Shown here: in pieces, positions 15,201 through 32,200 of the stretch
Position numbering within the stretch: the first letter of the stretch is position 1
Layout: each line of letters begins with the position of its first letter
Origin: Eledone cirrhosa
Lineage: Eukaryota
Assembly: GCA_964016885.1 (NCBI GenBank)
Contig: OZ024759.1
Coordinates: forward strand, 992,001-1,056,000
Direction of reading: 5' to 3'
Length of the DNA: 64,000 nucleotides
Made by a program: the position numbers and the translations under genes
Notes under the pieces: generated by a model
Database searches by the model: none
What the model saw: only the letters and a program-made list of their open reading frames with translations
Told to the model about the DNA's origin: nothing

Positions 15201-18200
15201 AACATGACAAAGTCTATATTAGTAGCATGACAAAGTCTACATTAGTAGCATGACACAGTCTATATTAGTAACATGACACAGTCTATATTGGTAACATGAC
15301 AAAGTCTATATTAGTAGCATGACACAGTCTATATTAGTAACATGACACAGTCTATATTAGTAACATGACAGTCTATATTAGTAACATGACAAAGTCTATA
15401 TTAGTAGCATGACAAAGTCTATATTAGTAACATGATACAGTCTATATTAGTAACATGACAATCTATATTAGTAACATGACACAGTCTATATTAGTAACAT
15501 GACAAAGTCTATATTAGTAGCATCACAAAGTCTATATTAGTAACATGACAGTCTATATTAGTAACATGACAAAGTCTATATTAGTAGCATGACAAAGTCT
15601 ATATTAGTAGCATGACACAGTCTATATTAGTAACATGACACAGTCTATATTAGTAACATGACACAGTCTATATTAGTAACATGACAAAGTCTATATTAGC
15701 AGCATGACAAAGTCTATATTAGTAACATGACAAAGTCTATATTAGTAACATGACACAGTCTATATTAGTAACATGACAAAGTCTATATTAGTAACATGAC
15801 AAAGTCTATATTAGTAACATGACACAGTCTATATTAGTAACATGACAAAGTCTATATTAGTAACATGACACTGTCTATATTAGTAACTTGACAAAGTCTG
15901 TATTAGTAACATGACACAGTCTATATTAGTAACATGACACAGTCTATATTAGTAACATGACAAAGTCTATATTAGTAGCATGACAATGTCTATATTAGTA
16001 ACATGACAAAGTCTATATTAGTAACATGACACAGTCTATATTAGTAACATGACAAAGTCTATATTAGTAACATGACACAGTCTATATTAGTAACATGACA
16101 AAGTCTATATTAGTAACATGACAGTCTATATTAGTAACATGACAGTCTATATTAGTAGCATGACAAAGTCTATATTAGTAACATGACAAAGTCTATATTA
16201 GTAACATGACACAGTCTATATTAGTAACATGACACAGTCTATATTAGTAACATGACAGTCTATATTAGTAGCATGACAATGTCTATATTATTAACATGAC
16301 ACAGTCTATATTAGTAACAAGACATAGTCTATATTACTAACATGACATAGTCTATATTAGTAACATGACAAAGTCTATATTAGTAACATGACAAAGTCTA
16401 TATTAGTAACATGACTAAGTCTATATTAGTAACATGACACAGTCTATATTAGTAACATGACAGTCTATATTAGTAGCATGACAAAGTCTATATTAGTAAC
16501 ATGACAAAGTCTATATTAGTAACATGACACAGTCTATATTAGTAACATGACACAGTGTATATTAGTAACATGACAGTGTATATTAGTAACCTGACAAAGT
16601 CTATATTAGTAACATGGCAAAGTCTATGTTAGTAACATGACAAAGTCTATATTAGTAACATGACACAGTCTATATTAGTAACATGACAAAGTCTATATTA
16701 GTAACATGACAAAGTCTATATTAGTAACATGACACAGTGTATATTAGTAATATGACAGTCTATATTAGTAGCATGACAAAGTCTATATTAGTAACATGAC
16801 AAAGTCTATATTAGTAACATGACACAGTCTATATTAGTAACATGACACAGTCTATATTAGTAACATGACACAGTCTATATTAGTAACATGACAAAGTCTA
16901 TATTAGTAACATGGCAAAGTTATATTAGTAACATGACAAAGTCTATATTAGTAACATGACAAGGTCTATATTAGTAACATGACAAATTCTCTATTAGTAA
17001 CATGACAGTCTATATTAGTAACATGCCAAAGTCTATATTAGTAGCATGACAAAGTCTATATTAGTAGCATGACACAGTCTATATTAGTAACATGACACAG
17101 TCTATATTAGTAACATGACACAGTCTATATTTGTAGCATGACAAAGTCTATATTAGTAACATGACAAAGTCTATATTAGTAACATGACACAGTCTATATT
17201 AGTAACATGACAAAGTCTATATTAGTAACATGACAAAGTCTATATTAGTAACATGACACAGTGTATATTAGTAATATGACAGTCTATATTAGTAGCATGA
17301 CAAAGTCTATATTAGTAACATGACAAAGTCTATATTAGTAACATGACACAGTCTATATTAGTAACATGACACAGTCTATATTAGTAACATGACACAGTCT
17401 ATATTAGTAACATGACAAAGTCTATATTAGTAACATGGCAAAGTTATATTAGTAACATGACAAAGTCTATATTAGTAACATGACAAGGTCTATATTAGTA
17501 ACATGACAAAGTCTCTATTAGTAACATGACAAAGTCTATATTAGTAACATGACAGTCTATATTAGTAACATGACAAAGTCTATATTAGTAACATGACAGT
17601 CTATATTGTAACATGACACAGTCTATATTAGTAACATGACACAGTCTATATTAGTAACATGACAGTCTATATTAGTAACATGACAAAGTCTATATTAGTA
17701 ACATGACAAAGTCTATATTAGTAACATGACAAAGTCTATATTAGTAGCATGACACAGTCTATATTAGTAACATGACAAAGTCTATATTAGTAATATGACA
17801 CAGTCTATATTAGTAACATGACAAAGTCTATATTAGTAACATGACACAGTCTATATTAGTAACATGACATAGTCTATATTAGTAACATGACAAAGTCTAT
17901 ATTAGTAGAATGACACAGTCTATATTAGTAACATGACACAGTCTATATTAGTAACATGACAGTCTATATTAGTAACATGACAAAGTCTATATTAGTAGCA
18001 TGACAAAGTCTATATTAGTAACATGACACAGTCTATATTAGTAACGTGACAATCTATATTAGTAACATGACACAGTCTATATTAGTAACATGACACAGAC
18101 TATATTAGTAACATGACAAAGTCTATATTAGTAGCATGACAAAGTCTATATTAGCAACATGACAAAGTCTATATTAGTAACATAACACAGTCTATATTAG

Positions 18201-21200
18201 TAACATGACAAAGTCTATATTAGTAACATGACAACGTCTATATTAGTAACATGACACAGTCTATATTAGTAACATGACAAAGTCTATATTAGTAACATGA
18301 CACTGTCTCTATTAGTTACTTGACAAAGTCTATATTAGTAACATGACACAGTCTATATTAGTAACATAACAAAGTCTATATTAGTAGCATGACAAAGTCT
18401 ATATTAGTAACATGACAAATTTTATATTAGTAACATGACACAGTCTATATTAGTAACATGACAAAGTCTATATTAGTAACATGACACAGTCTATAATAGT
18501 AACATGACAAAGTCTATATTAGTAACATGACAGTCTATATTAGTAACATGACAGTCTATATTAGTAGCATGACAAAGTCTATATTAGTAACATGACAAAG
18601 TCTATATTAGTAACATGACACAGTCTATATTAGTAACATGACAGTCTATATTAGTAACATGACACATTCTATATTAGTAACATGACAAAGTCTATATTAG
18701 TAGCATGACAAAGTCTATATTAGTAACATGACAGTTTATATTAGTAACATGACAAAGTCTATATTAGTAGCATGACAAAGTCTACATTAGTAGCATGACA
18801 CAGTCTATATTAGTAACATGACACAGTCTATATTAGTAACATGACAAAGTCTATATTAGTAGCATGACACAGTCTATATTAGTAACATGACACAGTCTAT
18901 ATTAGTAACATGACAGTCTATATTAGTAACATGACAAAGTCTATATTAGTAGCATGACAAAGTCTATATTAGTAACATGATACAGTCTATATTAGTAACA
19001 TGACAATCTATATTAGTAACATGACACAGTCTATATTAGTAACATGACAAAGTCTATATTAGTAGCATCACAAAGTCTATATTAGTAACATGACAGTCTA
19101 TATTAGTAACATGACAAAGTCTATATTAGTAGCATGACAAAGTCTATATTAGTAGCATGACACAGTCTATATTAGTAACATGACACAGTCTATATTAGTA
19201 ACATGACACAGTCTATATTAGTAACATGACAAAGTCTATATTAGCAGCATGACAAAGTCTATATTAGTAACATGACAAAGTCTATATTAGTAACATGACA
19301 CAGTCTATATTAGTAACATGACAAAGTCTATATTAGTAACATGACAAAGTCTATATTAGTAACATGACACAGTCTATATTAGTAACATGACAAAGTCTAT
19401 ATTAGTAACATGACACTGTCTATATTAGTAACTTGACAAAGTCTGTATTAGTAACATGACACAGTCTATATTAGTAACATGACAGTCTATATTAGTAGCA
19501 TGACAAAGTCTATATTAGTAACATGACAAAGTCTATATTAGTAACATGACACAGTCTATATTAGTAACATGACACAGTGTATATTAGTAACATGACAGTG
19601 TATATTAGTAACATGACAAAGTCTATATTAGTAACATGGCAAAGTCTATGTTAGTAACATGACAAAGTCTATATTAGTAACATGACAGTCTATATTAGTA
19701 ACATGACACATTCTATATTAGTAACATGACAAAGTCTATATTAGTAGCATGACAAAGTCTATATTAGTAACATGACAGTCTATATTAGTAACATGCCAAA
19801 GTCTATATTAGTAGCATGACAAAGTCTATATTAGTAGCATGACACAGTCTATATTAGTAACATGACACAGTCTATATTAGTAACATGACACAGTCTATAT
19901 TTGTAGCATGACAAAGTCTATATTAGTAACATGACAAAGTCTATATTAGTAACATGACACAGTCTATATTAGTAACATGACAAAGTCTATATTAGTAACA
20001 TGACAAAGTCTATATTAGTAACATGACACAGTGTATATTAGTAATATGACAGTCTATATTAGTAGCATGACAAAGTCTATATTAGTAACATGACAAAGTC
20101 TATATTAGTAACATGACACAGTCTATATTAGTAACATGACACAGTCTATATTAGTAACATGACAAGGTCTATATTAGTAACATGGCAAAGTCTATATTAG
20201 TAACATGACAAAGTCTATATTAGTAACATGACAAGGTCTATATTAGTAACATGACACAGTCTATATTAGTAACATGACACAGTCTATATTAGTAACATGA
20301 CACAGTCTATATTTGTAACATGACAAAGTCTATATTAGTAACATGGCAAAGTTATATTAGTAACATGACAAAGTCTATATTAGTAACATGACAAGGTCTA
20401 TATTAGTAACATGACAAAGTCTCTATCAGTAACATGACAGTCTATATTAGTAACATGCCAAAGTCTATATTAGTAGCATGACAAAGTCTCTATTAGTAAC
20501 ATGACAAAGTCTATATTAGTAACATGACAGTCTATATTAGTAACATGACAAAGTCTATATTAGTAACATGACAGTCTATATTGTAACATGACACAGTCTA
20601 TATTAGTAACATGACACAGTTTATATTAGTAACATGACATAGTCTATATTAGTAACATGACAAAGTCTATATTAGTAACATGACAGTCTATATTGTAACA
20701 TGACACAGTCTATATTAGTAACATGACACAGTCTATATTAGTAACATGACAGTCTATATTAGTAACATGACAAAGTCTATATTAGTAACATGACAAAGTC
20801 TATATTAGTAACATGACAAAGTCTATATTAGTAACATGACAAAGTCTATATTAGTAACATGACAGTCTATATTGTAACATGACACAGTCTCTATTAGTAA
20901 CATGACACAGTCTATATTAGTAACATGACAGTCTATATTAGTAACATGACAAAGTCTATATTAGTAACATGACGGTCTATATTAGTAACATGACAGTCTA
21001 TATTAGTAGCATGACAAAGTCTATATTAGTAACATGACACAGTCTATATTAGTAACATGACACAGTCTATATTAGTAACATGACACAGTCTATATTAGTA
21101 ACATGACAAAGTCTATATTAGTAGCATGACAAAGTCTATATTAGTAACATGACACAGTCTATATTAGTAACATGACACAGTCTATATTAGTAACATGACA

Positions 21201-21800
21201 CAGTCTATATTAGTAACATGACAAAGTCTATATTAGTAACATGACACAGTCTATATTAGTAACATGACAAAGTCTATATTAGTAACATGACAGTCTATAT
21301 TAGTAACATGACAGTCTATATTAGTAGCATGACAAAGTCTATATTAGTAACATGACAAAGTCTATATTAGTAACATGACACAGTCTATATTAGTAACATG
21401 ACACAGTCTATATTAGTAACATGACAGTCTATATTAGTAGCATGACAAAGTCTATATTAGTAACATGACACAGTCTATATTAGTAACATGACAAAGTCTA
21501 TATTAGTAACATGACAGTCTATATTAGTAACATGACACAGTCTATATTAGTAACATGACACAGTCTATATTAGTAACATGACAAAGTCTATATTAGTAAC
21601 ATGACAAAGTCTATATTAGTAACATGACAGTCTATATTAGTAACATGACAAAGTCTATATTAGTAACATGACACAGTCTATATTAGTAACATGACAAAGT
21701 CTCTATTAATAACATGACAAAGTCTATATTAGTAACATGACAGTCTATATTAGTAACATGACAAAGACTCTATTAGTAACATGGCAAAGTCTATATTAGT
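12300..21800. repeat. ~1.5-kb block (~12300-13870) repeated at ~20250-21800, offset 7,934 bp
   Basis: Constant 7,934-bp offset: GTAAC after TATTT 12381/20315, ATCAG of CTCTATCAG 12491/20425, GACGGTC 13037/20971, ATTAAT 13771/21705. Confidence 0.85.
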
Positions 21801-24800
21801 AACATGACACAGTCTATATTAGTAACATGACACAGTCTATATTAGTAACATGACACAGTCTATATTAGTAACATGACACAGTCTATATTAGTAACATGAC
21901 AAAGTCTATATTAGTAGCATGACAATGTCTATATTAGTAACATGACAAAGTCTATATTAGTAACATGACACAGTCTATATTAGTAACATGACAAAGTCTA
22001 TATTAGTAACATGACACAGTCTATATTAGTAACATGACAAAGTCTATATTAGTAACATGACAGTCTATATTAGTAACATGACAGTCTATATTAGTAGCAT
22101 GACAAAGTCTATATTAGTAACATGACAAAGTCTATATTAGTAACATGACACAGTCTATATTAGTAACATGACACAGTCTATATTAGTAACATGACAGTCT
22201 ATATTAGTAGCATGACAATGTCTATATTATTAACATGACACAGTCTATATTAGTAACAAGACATAGTCTATATTACTAACATGACATAGTCTATATTAGT
22301 AACATGACAAAGTCTATATTAGTAACATGACAAAGTCTATATTAGTAACATGACTAAGTCTATATTAGTAACATGACACAGTCTATATTAGTAACATGAC
22401 AGTCTATATTAGTAGCATGACAAAGTCTATATTAGTAACATGACAAAGTCTATATTAGTAACATGACACAGTCTATATTAGTAACATGACACAGTGTATA
22501 TTAGTAACATGACAGTGTATATTAGTAACCTGACAAAGTCTATATTAGTAACATGGCAAAGTCTATGTTAGTAACATGACAAAGTCTATATTAGTAACAT
22601 GACACAGTCTATATTAGTAACATGACAAAGTCTATATTAGTAACATGACAAAGTCTATATTAGTAACATGACACAGTGTATATTAGTAATATGACAGTCT
22701 ATATTAGTAGCATGACAAAGTCTATATTAGTAACATGACAAAGTCTATATTAGTAACATGACACAGTCTATATTAGTAACATGACACAGTCTATATTAGT
22801 AACATGACACAGTCTATATTAGTAACATGACAAAGTCTATATTAGTAACATGGCAAAGTTATATTAGTAACATGACAAAGTCTATATTAGTAACATGACA
22901 AGGTCTATATTAGTAACATGACAAATTCTCTATTAGTAACATGACAGTCTATATTAGTAACATGCCAAAGTCTATATTAGTAGCATGACAAAGTCTATAT
23001 TAGTAGCATGACACAGTCTATATTAGTAACATGACACAGTCTATATTAGTAACATGACACAGTCTATATTTGTAGCATGACAAAGTCTATATTAGTAACA
23101 TGACAAAGTCTATATTAGTAACATGACACAGTCTATATTAGTAACATGACAAAGTCTATATTAGTAACATGACAAAGTCTATATTAGTAACATGACACAG
23201 TGTATATTAGTAATATGACAGTCTATATTAGTAGCATGACAAAGTCTATATTAGTAACATGACAAAGTCTATATTAGTAACATGACACAGTCTATATTAG
23301 TAACATGACACAGTCTATATTAGTAACATGACACAGTCTATATTAGTAACATGACAAAGTCTATATTAGTAACATGGCAAAGTTATATTAGTAACATGAC
23401 AAAGTCTATATTAGTAACATGACAAGGTCTATATTAGTAACATGACAAAGTCTCTATTAGTAACATGACAAAGTCTATATTAGTAACATGACAGTCTATA
23501 TTAGTAACATGACAAAGTCTATATTAGTAACATGACAGTCTATATTGTAACATGACACAGTCTATATTAGTAACATGACACAGTCTATATTAGTAACATG
23601 ACAGTCTATATTAGTAACATGACAAAGTCTATATTAGTAACATGACAAAGTCTATATTAGTAACATGACAAAGTCTATATTAGTAGCATGACACAGTCTA
23701 TATTAGTAACATGACAAAGTCTATATTAGTAATATGACACAGTCTATATTAGTAACATGACAAAGTCTATATTAGTAACATGACACAGTCTATATTAGTA
23801 ACATGACATAGTCTATATTAGTAACATGACAAAGTCTATATTAGTAGAATGACACAGTCTATATTAGTAACATGACACAGTCTATATTAGTAACATGACA
23901 GTCTATATTAGTAACATGACAAAGTCTATATTAGTAGCATGACAAAGTCTATATTAGTAACATGACACAGTCTATATTAGTAACGTGACAATCTATATTA
24001 GTAACATGACACAGTCTATATTAGTAACATGACACAGACTATATTAGTAACATGACAAAGTCTATATTAGTAGCATGACAAAGTCTATATTAGCAACATG
24101 ACAAAGTCTATATTAGTAACATAACACAGTCTATATTAGTAACATGACAAAGTCTATATTAGTAACATGACAACGTCTATATTAGTAACATGACACAGTC
24201 TATATTAGTAACATGACAAAGTCTATATTAGTAACATGACACTGTCTCTATTAGTTACTTGACAAAGTCTATATTAGTAACATGACACAGTCTATATTAG
24301 TAACATAACAAAGTCTATATTAGTAGCATGACAAAGTCTATATTAGTAACATGACAAAGTTTATATTAGTAACATGACACAGTCTATATTAGTAACATGA
24401 CAAAGTCTATATTAGTAACATGACACAGTCTATAATAGTAACATGACAAAGTCTATATTAGTAACATGACAGTCTATATTAGTAACATGACAGTCTATAT
24501 TAGTAGCATGACAAAGTCTATATTAGTAACATGACAAAGTCTATATTAGTAACATGACACAGTCTATATTAGTAACATGACAGTCTATATTAGTAACATG
24601 ACACATTCTATATTAGTAACATGACAAAGTCTATATTAGTAGCATGACAAAGTCTATATTAGTAACATGACAGTTTATATTAGTAACATGACAAAGTCTA
24701 TATTAGTAGCATGACAAAGTCTACATTAGTAGCATGACACAGTCTATATTAGTAACATGACACAGTCTATATTAGTAACATGACAAAGTCTATATTAGTA

Positions 24801-26200
24801 GCATGACACAGTCTATATTAGTAACATGACACAGTCTATATTAGTAACATGACAGTCTATATTAGTAACATGACAAAGTCTATATTAGTAGCATGACAAA
24901 GTCTATATTAGTAACATGATACAGTCTATATTAGTAACATGACAATCTATATTAGTAACATGACACAGTCTATATTAGTAACATGACAAAGTCTATATTA
25001 GTAGCATCACAAAGTCTATATTAGTAACATGACAGTCTATATTAGTAACATGACAAAGTCTATATTAGTAGCATGACAAAGTCTATATTAGTAGCATGAC
25101 ACAGTCTATATTAGTAACATGACACAGTCTATATTAGTAACATGACACAGTCTATATTAGTAACATGACAAAGTCTATATTAGCAGCATGACAAAGTCTA
25201 TATTAGTAACATGACAAAGTCTATATTAGTAACATGACACAGTCTATATTAGTAACATGACAAAGTCTATATTAGTAACATGACAAAGTCTATATTAGTA
25301 ACATGACACAGTCTATATTAGTAACATGACAAAGTCTATATTAGTAACATGACACTGTCTATATTAGTAACTTGACAAAGTCTGTATTAGTAACATGACA
25401 CAGTCTATATTAGTAACATGACAGTCTATATTAGTAGCATGACAAAGTCTATATTAGTAACATGACAAAGTCTATATTAGTAACATGACACAGTCTATAT
25501 TAGTAACATGACACAGTGTATATTAGTAACATGACAGTGTATATTAGTAACATGACAAAGTCTATATTAGTAACATGGCAAAGTCTATGTTAGTAACATG
25601 ACAAAGTCTATATTAGTAACATGACAGTCTATATTAGTAACATGACACATTCTATATTAGTAACATGACAAAGTCTATATTAGTAGCATGACAAAGTCTA
25701 TATTAGTAACATGACAGTCTATATTAGTAACATGCCAAAGTCTATATTAGTAGCATGACAAAGTCTATATTAGTAGCATGACACAGTCTATATTAGTAAC
25801 ATGACACAGTCTATATTAGTAACATGACACAGTCTATATTTGTAGCATGACAAAGTCTATATTAGTAACATGACAAAGTCTATATTAGTAACATGACACA
25901 GTCTATATTAGTAACATGACAAAGTCTATATTAGTAACATGACAAAGTCTATATTAGTAACATGACACAGTGTATATTAGTAATATGACAGTCTATATTA
26001 GTAGCATGACAAAGTCTATATTAGTAACATGACAAAGTCTATATTAGTAACATGACACAGTCTATATTAGTAACATGACACAGTCTATATTAGTAACATG
26101 ACAAAGTCTATATTAGTAACATGGCAAAGTCTATATTAGTAACATGACAAAGTCTATATTAGTAACATGACAAGGTCTATATTAGTAACATGACACAGTC
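15900..26200. repeat. ~4.3-kb block (~15900-20250) repeated at ~21840-26200, offset 5,939 bp
   Basis: Constant 5,939-bp offset: C of AACCTGAC 16591/22530, GACAAATTCTC 16981/22920, GTAGAATG 17905/23844, GACACAGAC 18092/24031, GACAACGTC 18230/24169, GACACTGTC 19412/25351. Confidence 0.9.
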
Positions 26201-29200
26201 TATATTAGTAACATGACAAAGTCTATATTAGTAACATGACACAGTCTATATTAGTAACATGCCAAAGTCTATATTAGTAGCATGACAAAGTCTATATTAG
26301 TAGCATGACACAGTCTATATTAGTAACATGACACAGTCTATATTAGTAACATGACACAGTCTATATTAGTAGCATGACAAAGTCTATATTAGTAACATGA
26401 CAAAGTCTATATTAGTAACATTAGAAAGTCTATATTAGTACCATGACACAGTCTATATTACTAACATGACAAAGTCTATATTAGTAACATGACAAAGTCT
26501 ATATTAGTAACATGACAAAGTCTATATTAGTAACATGACACAGTCTATATTAGTAACATGACAAAGTCTATATTAGTAACATGACACAGTCTATATTAGT
26601 AACATGACAAAGTCTATATTAGTAGCATGACAAAGTCTATATTAGTAACATGACACAGTCTATATTAGTAACATGACAAAGTCTATATTAGTAACATGAC
26701 AAAGTCTATATTAGTAACATGACAAAGTCTATATTAGTAACATGACTAAGTCTATATTAGTAACATGACACAGTCTATATTAGTAACATGACAGTCTATA
26801 TTAGTAGCATGACAAAGTCTATATTAGTAACATGACAAAGTCTATATTAGTAACATGACACAGTCTATATTAGTAACATGACACAGTGTATATTAGTAAC
26901 ATGACAGTGTATATTAGTAACATGACAAAGTCTATATTAGTAACATGGCAAAGTCTATGTTAGTAACATGACAAAGTCTATATTAGTAACATGACAGTCT
27001 ATATTAGTAACATGACACATTCTATATTAGTAACATGACAAAGTCTATATTAGTAGCATGACAAAGTCTATATTAGTAACATGACAGTCTATATTAGTAA
27101 CATGCCAAAGTCTATATTAGTAGCATGACAAAGTCTATATTAGTAGCATGACACAGTCTATATTAGTAACATGACACAGTCTATATTAGTAACATGACAC
27201 AGTCTATATTTGTAGCATGACAAAGTCTATATTAGTAACATGACAAAGTCTATATTAGTAACATGACACAGTCTATATTAGTAACATGACAAAGTCTATA
27301 TTAGTAACATGACAAAGTCTATATTAGTAACATGACACAGTGTATATTAGTAATATGACAGTCTATATTAGTAGCATGACAAAGTCTATATTAGTAACAT
27401 GACAAAGTCTATATTAGTAACATGACACAGTCTATATTAGTAACATGACACAGTCTATATTAGTAACATGACACAGTCTATATTAGTAACATGACAAAGT
27501 CTATATTAGTAACATGGCAAAGTCTATATTAGTAACATGACAAAGTCTATATTAGTAACATGACAAGGTCTATATTAGTAACATGACACAGTCTATATTA
27601 GTAACATGACAAAGTCTATATTAGTAACATGACACAGTCTATATTAGTAACATGCCAAAGTCTATATTAGTAGCATGACAAAGTCTATATTAGTAGCATG
27701 ACACAGTCTATATTAGTAACATGACACAGTCTATATTAGTAACATGACACAGTCTATATTAGTAGCATGACAAAGTCTATATTAGTAACATGACAAAGTC
27801 TATATTAGTAACATGAGAAAGTCTATATTAGTAACATGACACAGTCTATATTAGTAACATGACAAAGTCTATATTAGTAACATGACACAGTCTATATTAG
27901 TAACATGACACAGTCTATATTAGTAACATGACAAAGTCTATATTAGTAGCATGACCAAGTCTATATTAGTAACATGACAAAGTCTATATTAGTAACATGA
28001 CACAGTCTATATTAGTAACATGACAAAGTCTATATTAGTAACATGACGGTCTATATTAGTAACATGACAGTCTATATTAGTAACATGACTAAGTCTATAT
28101 TAGTAACATGACACAGTCTATATTAGTAACATGACAGTCTATATTAGTAGCATGACAAAGTCTATATTAGTAACATGACAAAGTCTATATTAGTAACATG
28201 ACACAGTCTATATTAGTAACATGACACAGTGTATATTAGTAACATGACAGTGTATATTAGTAACATGACAAAGTCTATATTAGTAACATGGCAAAGTCTA
28301 TGTTAGTAACATGACAAAGTCTATATTAGTAACATGACACAGTCTATATTAGTAACATGACAAAGTCTATATTAGTAACATGACAAAGTCTATATTAGTA
28401 ACATGACACAGTGTATATTAGTAATATGACAGTCTATATTAGTAGCATGACAAAGTCTATATTAGTAACATGACAAAGTCTATATTAGTAACATGACACA
28501 GTCTATATTAGTAACATGACACAGTCTATATTAGTAACATGACAAAGTCTATATTAGTAACATGGCAAAGTTATATTAGTAACATGACAAAGTCTATATT
28601 AGTAACATGACAAGGTCTATATTAGTAACATGACAAAGTCTCTATTAGTAACATGACAGTCTATATTAGTAACATGCCAAAGTCTATATTAGTAGCATGA
28701 CAAAGTCTATATTAGTAGCATGACACAGTCTATATTAGTAACATGACACAGTCTATATTAGTAACATGACACAGTCTATATTTGTAGCATGACAAAGTCT
28801 ATATTAGTAACATGACAAAGTCTATATTAGTAACATGACACAGTCTATATTAGTAACATGACAGTCTATATTAGTAACATGACAAAGTCTATATTAGTAG
28901 CATGACAAAGTCTATATTAGTAACATGATACAGTCTATATTAGTAACATGACAATCTATATTAGTAACATGACACAGTCTATATTAGTAACATGACAAAG
29001 TCTATATTAGTAGCATCACAAAGTCTATATTAGTAACATGACAGTCTATATTAGTAACATGACAAAGTCTATATTAGTAGCATGACAAAGTCTATATTAG
29101 TAGCATGACACAGTCTATATTAGTAACATGACACAGTCTATATTAGTAACATGACACAGTCTATATTAGTAACATGACAAAGTCTATATTAGCAGCATGA

Positions 29201-32200
29201 CAAAGTCTATATTAGTAACATGACAAAGTCTATATTAGTAACATGACACAGTCTATATTAGTAACATGACAAAGTCTATATTAGTAACATGACAAAGTCT
29301 ATATTAGTAACATGACACAGTCTATATTAGTAACATGACAAAGTCTATATTAGTAACATGACACTGTCTATATTAGTAACTTGACAAAGTCTGTATTAGT
29401 AACATGACACAGTCTATATTAGTAACATGACAGTCTATATTAGTAGCATGACAAAGTCTATATTAGTAACATGACAAAGTCTATATTAGTAACATGACAC
29501 AGTCTATATTAGTAACATGACACAGTGTATATTAGTAACATGACAGTGTATATTAGTAACATGACAAAGTCTATATTAGTAACATGGCAAAGTCTATGTT
29601 AGTAACATGACAAAGTCTATATTAGTAACATGACAGTCTATATTAGTAACATGACACATTCTATATTAGTAACATGACAAAGTCTATATTAGTAGCATGA
29701 CAAAGTCTATATTAGTAACATGACAGTCTATATTAGTAACATGCCAAAGTCTATATTAGTAGCATGACAAAGTCTATATTAGTAGCATGACACAGTCTAT
29801 ATTAGTAACATGACACAGTCTATATTAGTAACATGACACAGTCTATATTTGTAGCATGACAAAGTCTATATTAGTAACATGACAAAGTCTATATTAGTAA
29901 CATGACACAGTCTATATTAGTAACATGACAAAGTCTATATTAGTAACATGACAAAGTCTATATTAGTAACATGACACAGTGTATATTAGTAATATGACAG
30001 TCTATATTAGTAGCATGACAAAGTCTATATTAGTAACATGACAAAGTCTATATTAGTAACATGACACAGTCTATATTAGTAACATGACACAGTCTATATT
30101 AGTAACATGACAAAGTCTATATTAGTAACATGGCAAAGTCTATATTAGTAACATGACAAAGTCTATATTAGTAACATGACAAGGTCTATATTAGTAACAT
30201 GACACAGTCTATATTAGTAACATGACAAAGTCTATATTAGTAACATGACACAGTCTATATTAGTAACATGCCAAAGTCTATATTAGTAGCATGACAAAGT
30301 CTATATTAGTAGCATGACACAGTCTATATTAGTAACATGACACAGTCTATATTAGTAACATGACACAGTCTATATTAGTAGCATGACAAAGTCTATATTA
30401 GTAACATGACAAAGTCTATATTAGTAACATTAGAAAGTCTATATTAGTACCATGACACAGTCTATATTACTAACATGACAAAGTCTATATTAGTAACATG
30501 ACAAAGTCTATATTAGTAACATGACAAAGTCTATATTAGTAACATGACACAGTCTATATTAGTAACATGACAAAGTCTATATTAGTAACATGACACAGTC
30601 TATATTAGTAACATGACAAAGTCTATATTAGTAGCATGACAAAGTCTATATTAGTAACATGACACAGTCTATATTAGTAACATGACAAAGTCTATATTAG
30701 TAACATGACAAAGTCTATATTAGTAACATGACAAAGTCTATATTAGTAACATGACTAAGTCTATATTAGTAACATGACACAGTCTATATTAGTAACATGA
30801 CAGTCTATATTAGTAGCATGACAAAGTCTATATTAGTAACATGACAAAGTCTATATTAGTAACATGACACAGTCTATATTAGTAACATGACACAGTGTAT
30901 ATTAGTAACATGACAGTGTATATTAGTAACATGACAAAGTCTATATTAGTAACATGGCAAAGTCTATGTTAGTAACATGACAAAGTCTATATTAGTAACA
31001 TGACAGTCTATATTAGTAACATGACACATTCTATATTAGTAACATGACAAAGTCTATATTAGTAGCATGACAAAGTCTATATTAGTAACATGACAGTCTA
31101 TATTAGTAACATGCCAAAGTCTATATTAGTAGCATGACAAAGTCTATATTAGTAGCATGACACAGTCTATATTAGTAACATGACACAGTCTATATTAGTA
31201 ACATGACACAGTCTATATTTGTAGCATGACAAAGTCTATATTAGTAACATGACAAAGTCTATATTAGTAACATGACACAGTCTATATTAGTAACATGACA
31301 AAGTCTATATTAGTAACATGACAAAGTCTATATTAGTAACATGACACAGTGTATATTAGTAATATGACAGTCTATATTAGTAGCATGACAAAGTCTATAT
31401 TAGTAACATGACAAAGTCTATATTAGTAACATGACACAGTCTATATTAGTAACATGACACAGTCTATATTAGTAACATGACACAGTCTATATTAGTAACA
31501 TGACAAAGTCTATATTAGTAACATGGCAAAGTCTATATTAGTAACATGACAAAGTCTATATTAGTAACATGACAAGGTCTATATTAGTAACATGACACAG
31601 TCTATATTAGTAACATGACAAAGTCTATATTAGTAACATGACACAGTCTATATTAGTAACATGCCAAAGTCTATATTAGTAGCATGACAAAGTCTATATT
31701 AGTAGCATGACACAGTCTATATTAGTAACATGACACAGTCTATATTAGTAACATGACACAGTCTATATTAGTAGCATGACAAAGTCTATATTAGTAACAT
31801 GACAAAGTCTATATTAGTAACATGAGAAAGTCTATATTAGTAACATGACACAGTCTATATTAGTAACATGACAAAGTCTATATTAGTAACATGACACAGT
31901 CTATATTAGTAACATGACACAGTCTATATTAGTAACATGACAAAGTCTATATTAGTAGCATGACCAAGTCTATATTAGTAACATGACAAAGTCTATATTA
32001 GTAACATGACACAGTCTATATTAGTAACATGACAAAGTCTATATTAGTAACATGACGGTCTATATTAGTAACATGACAGTCTATATTAGTAACATGACTA
32101 AGTCTATATTAGTAACATGACACAGTCTATATTAGTAACATGACAGTCTATATTAGTAGCATGACAAAGTCTATATTAGTAACATGACAAAGTCTATATT

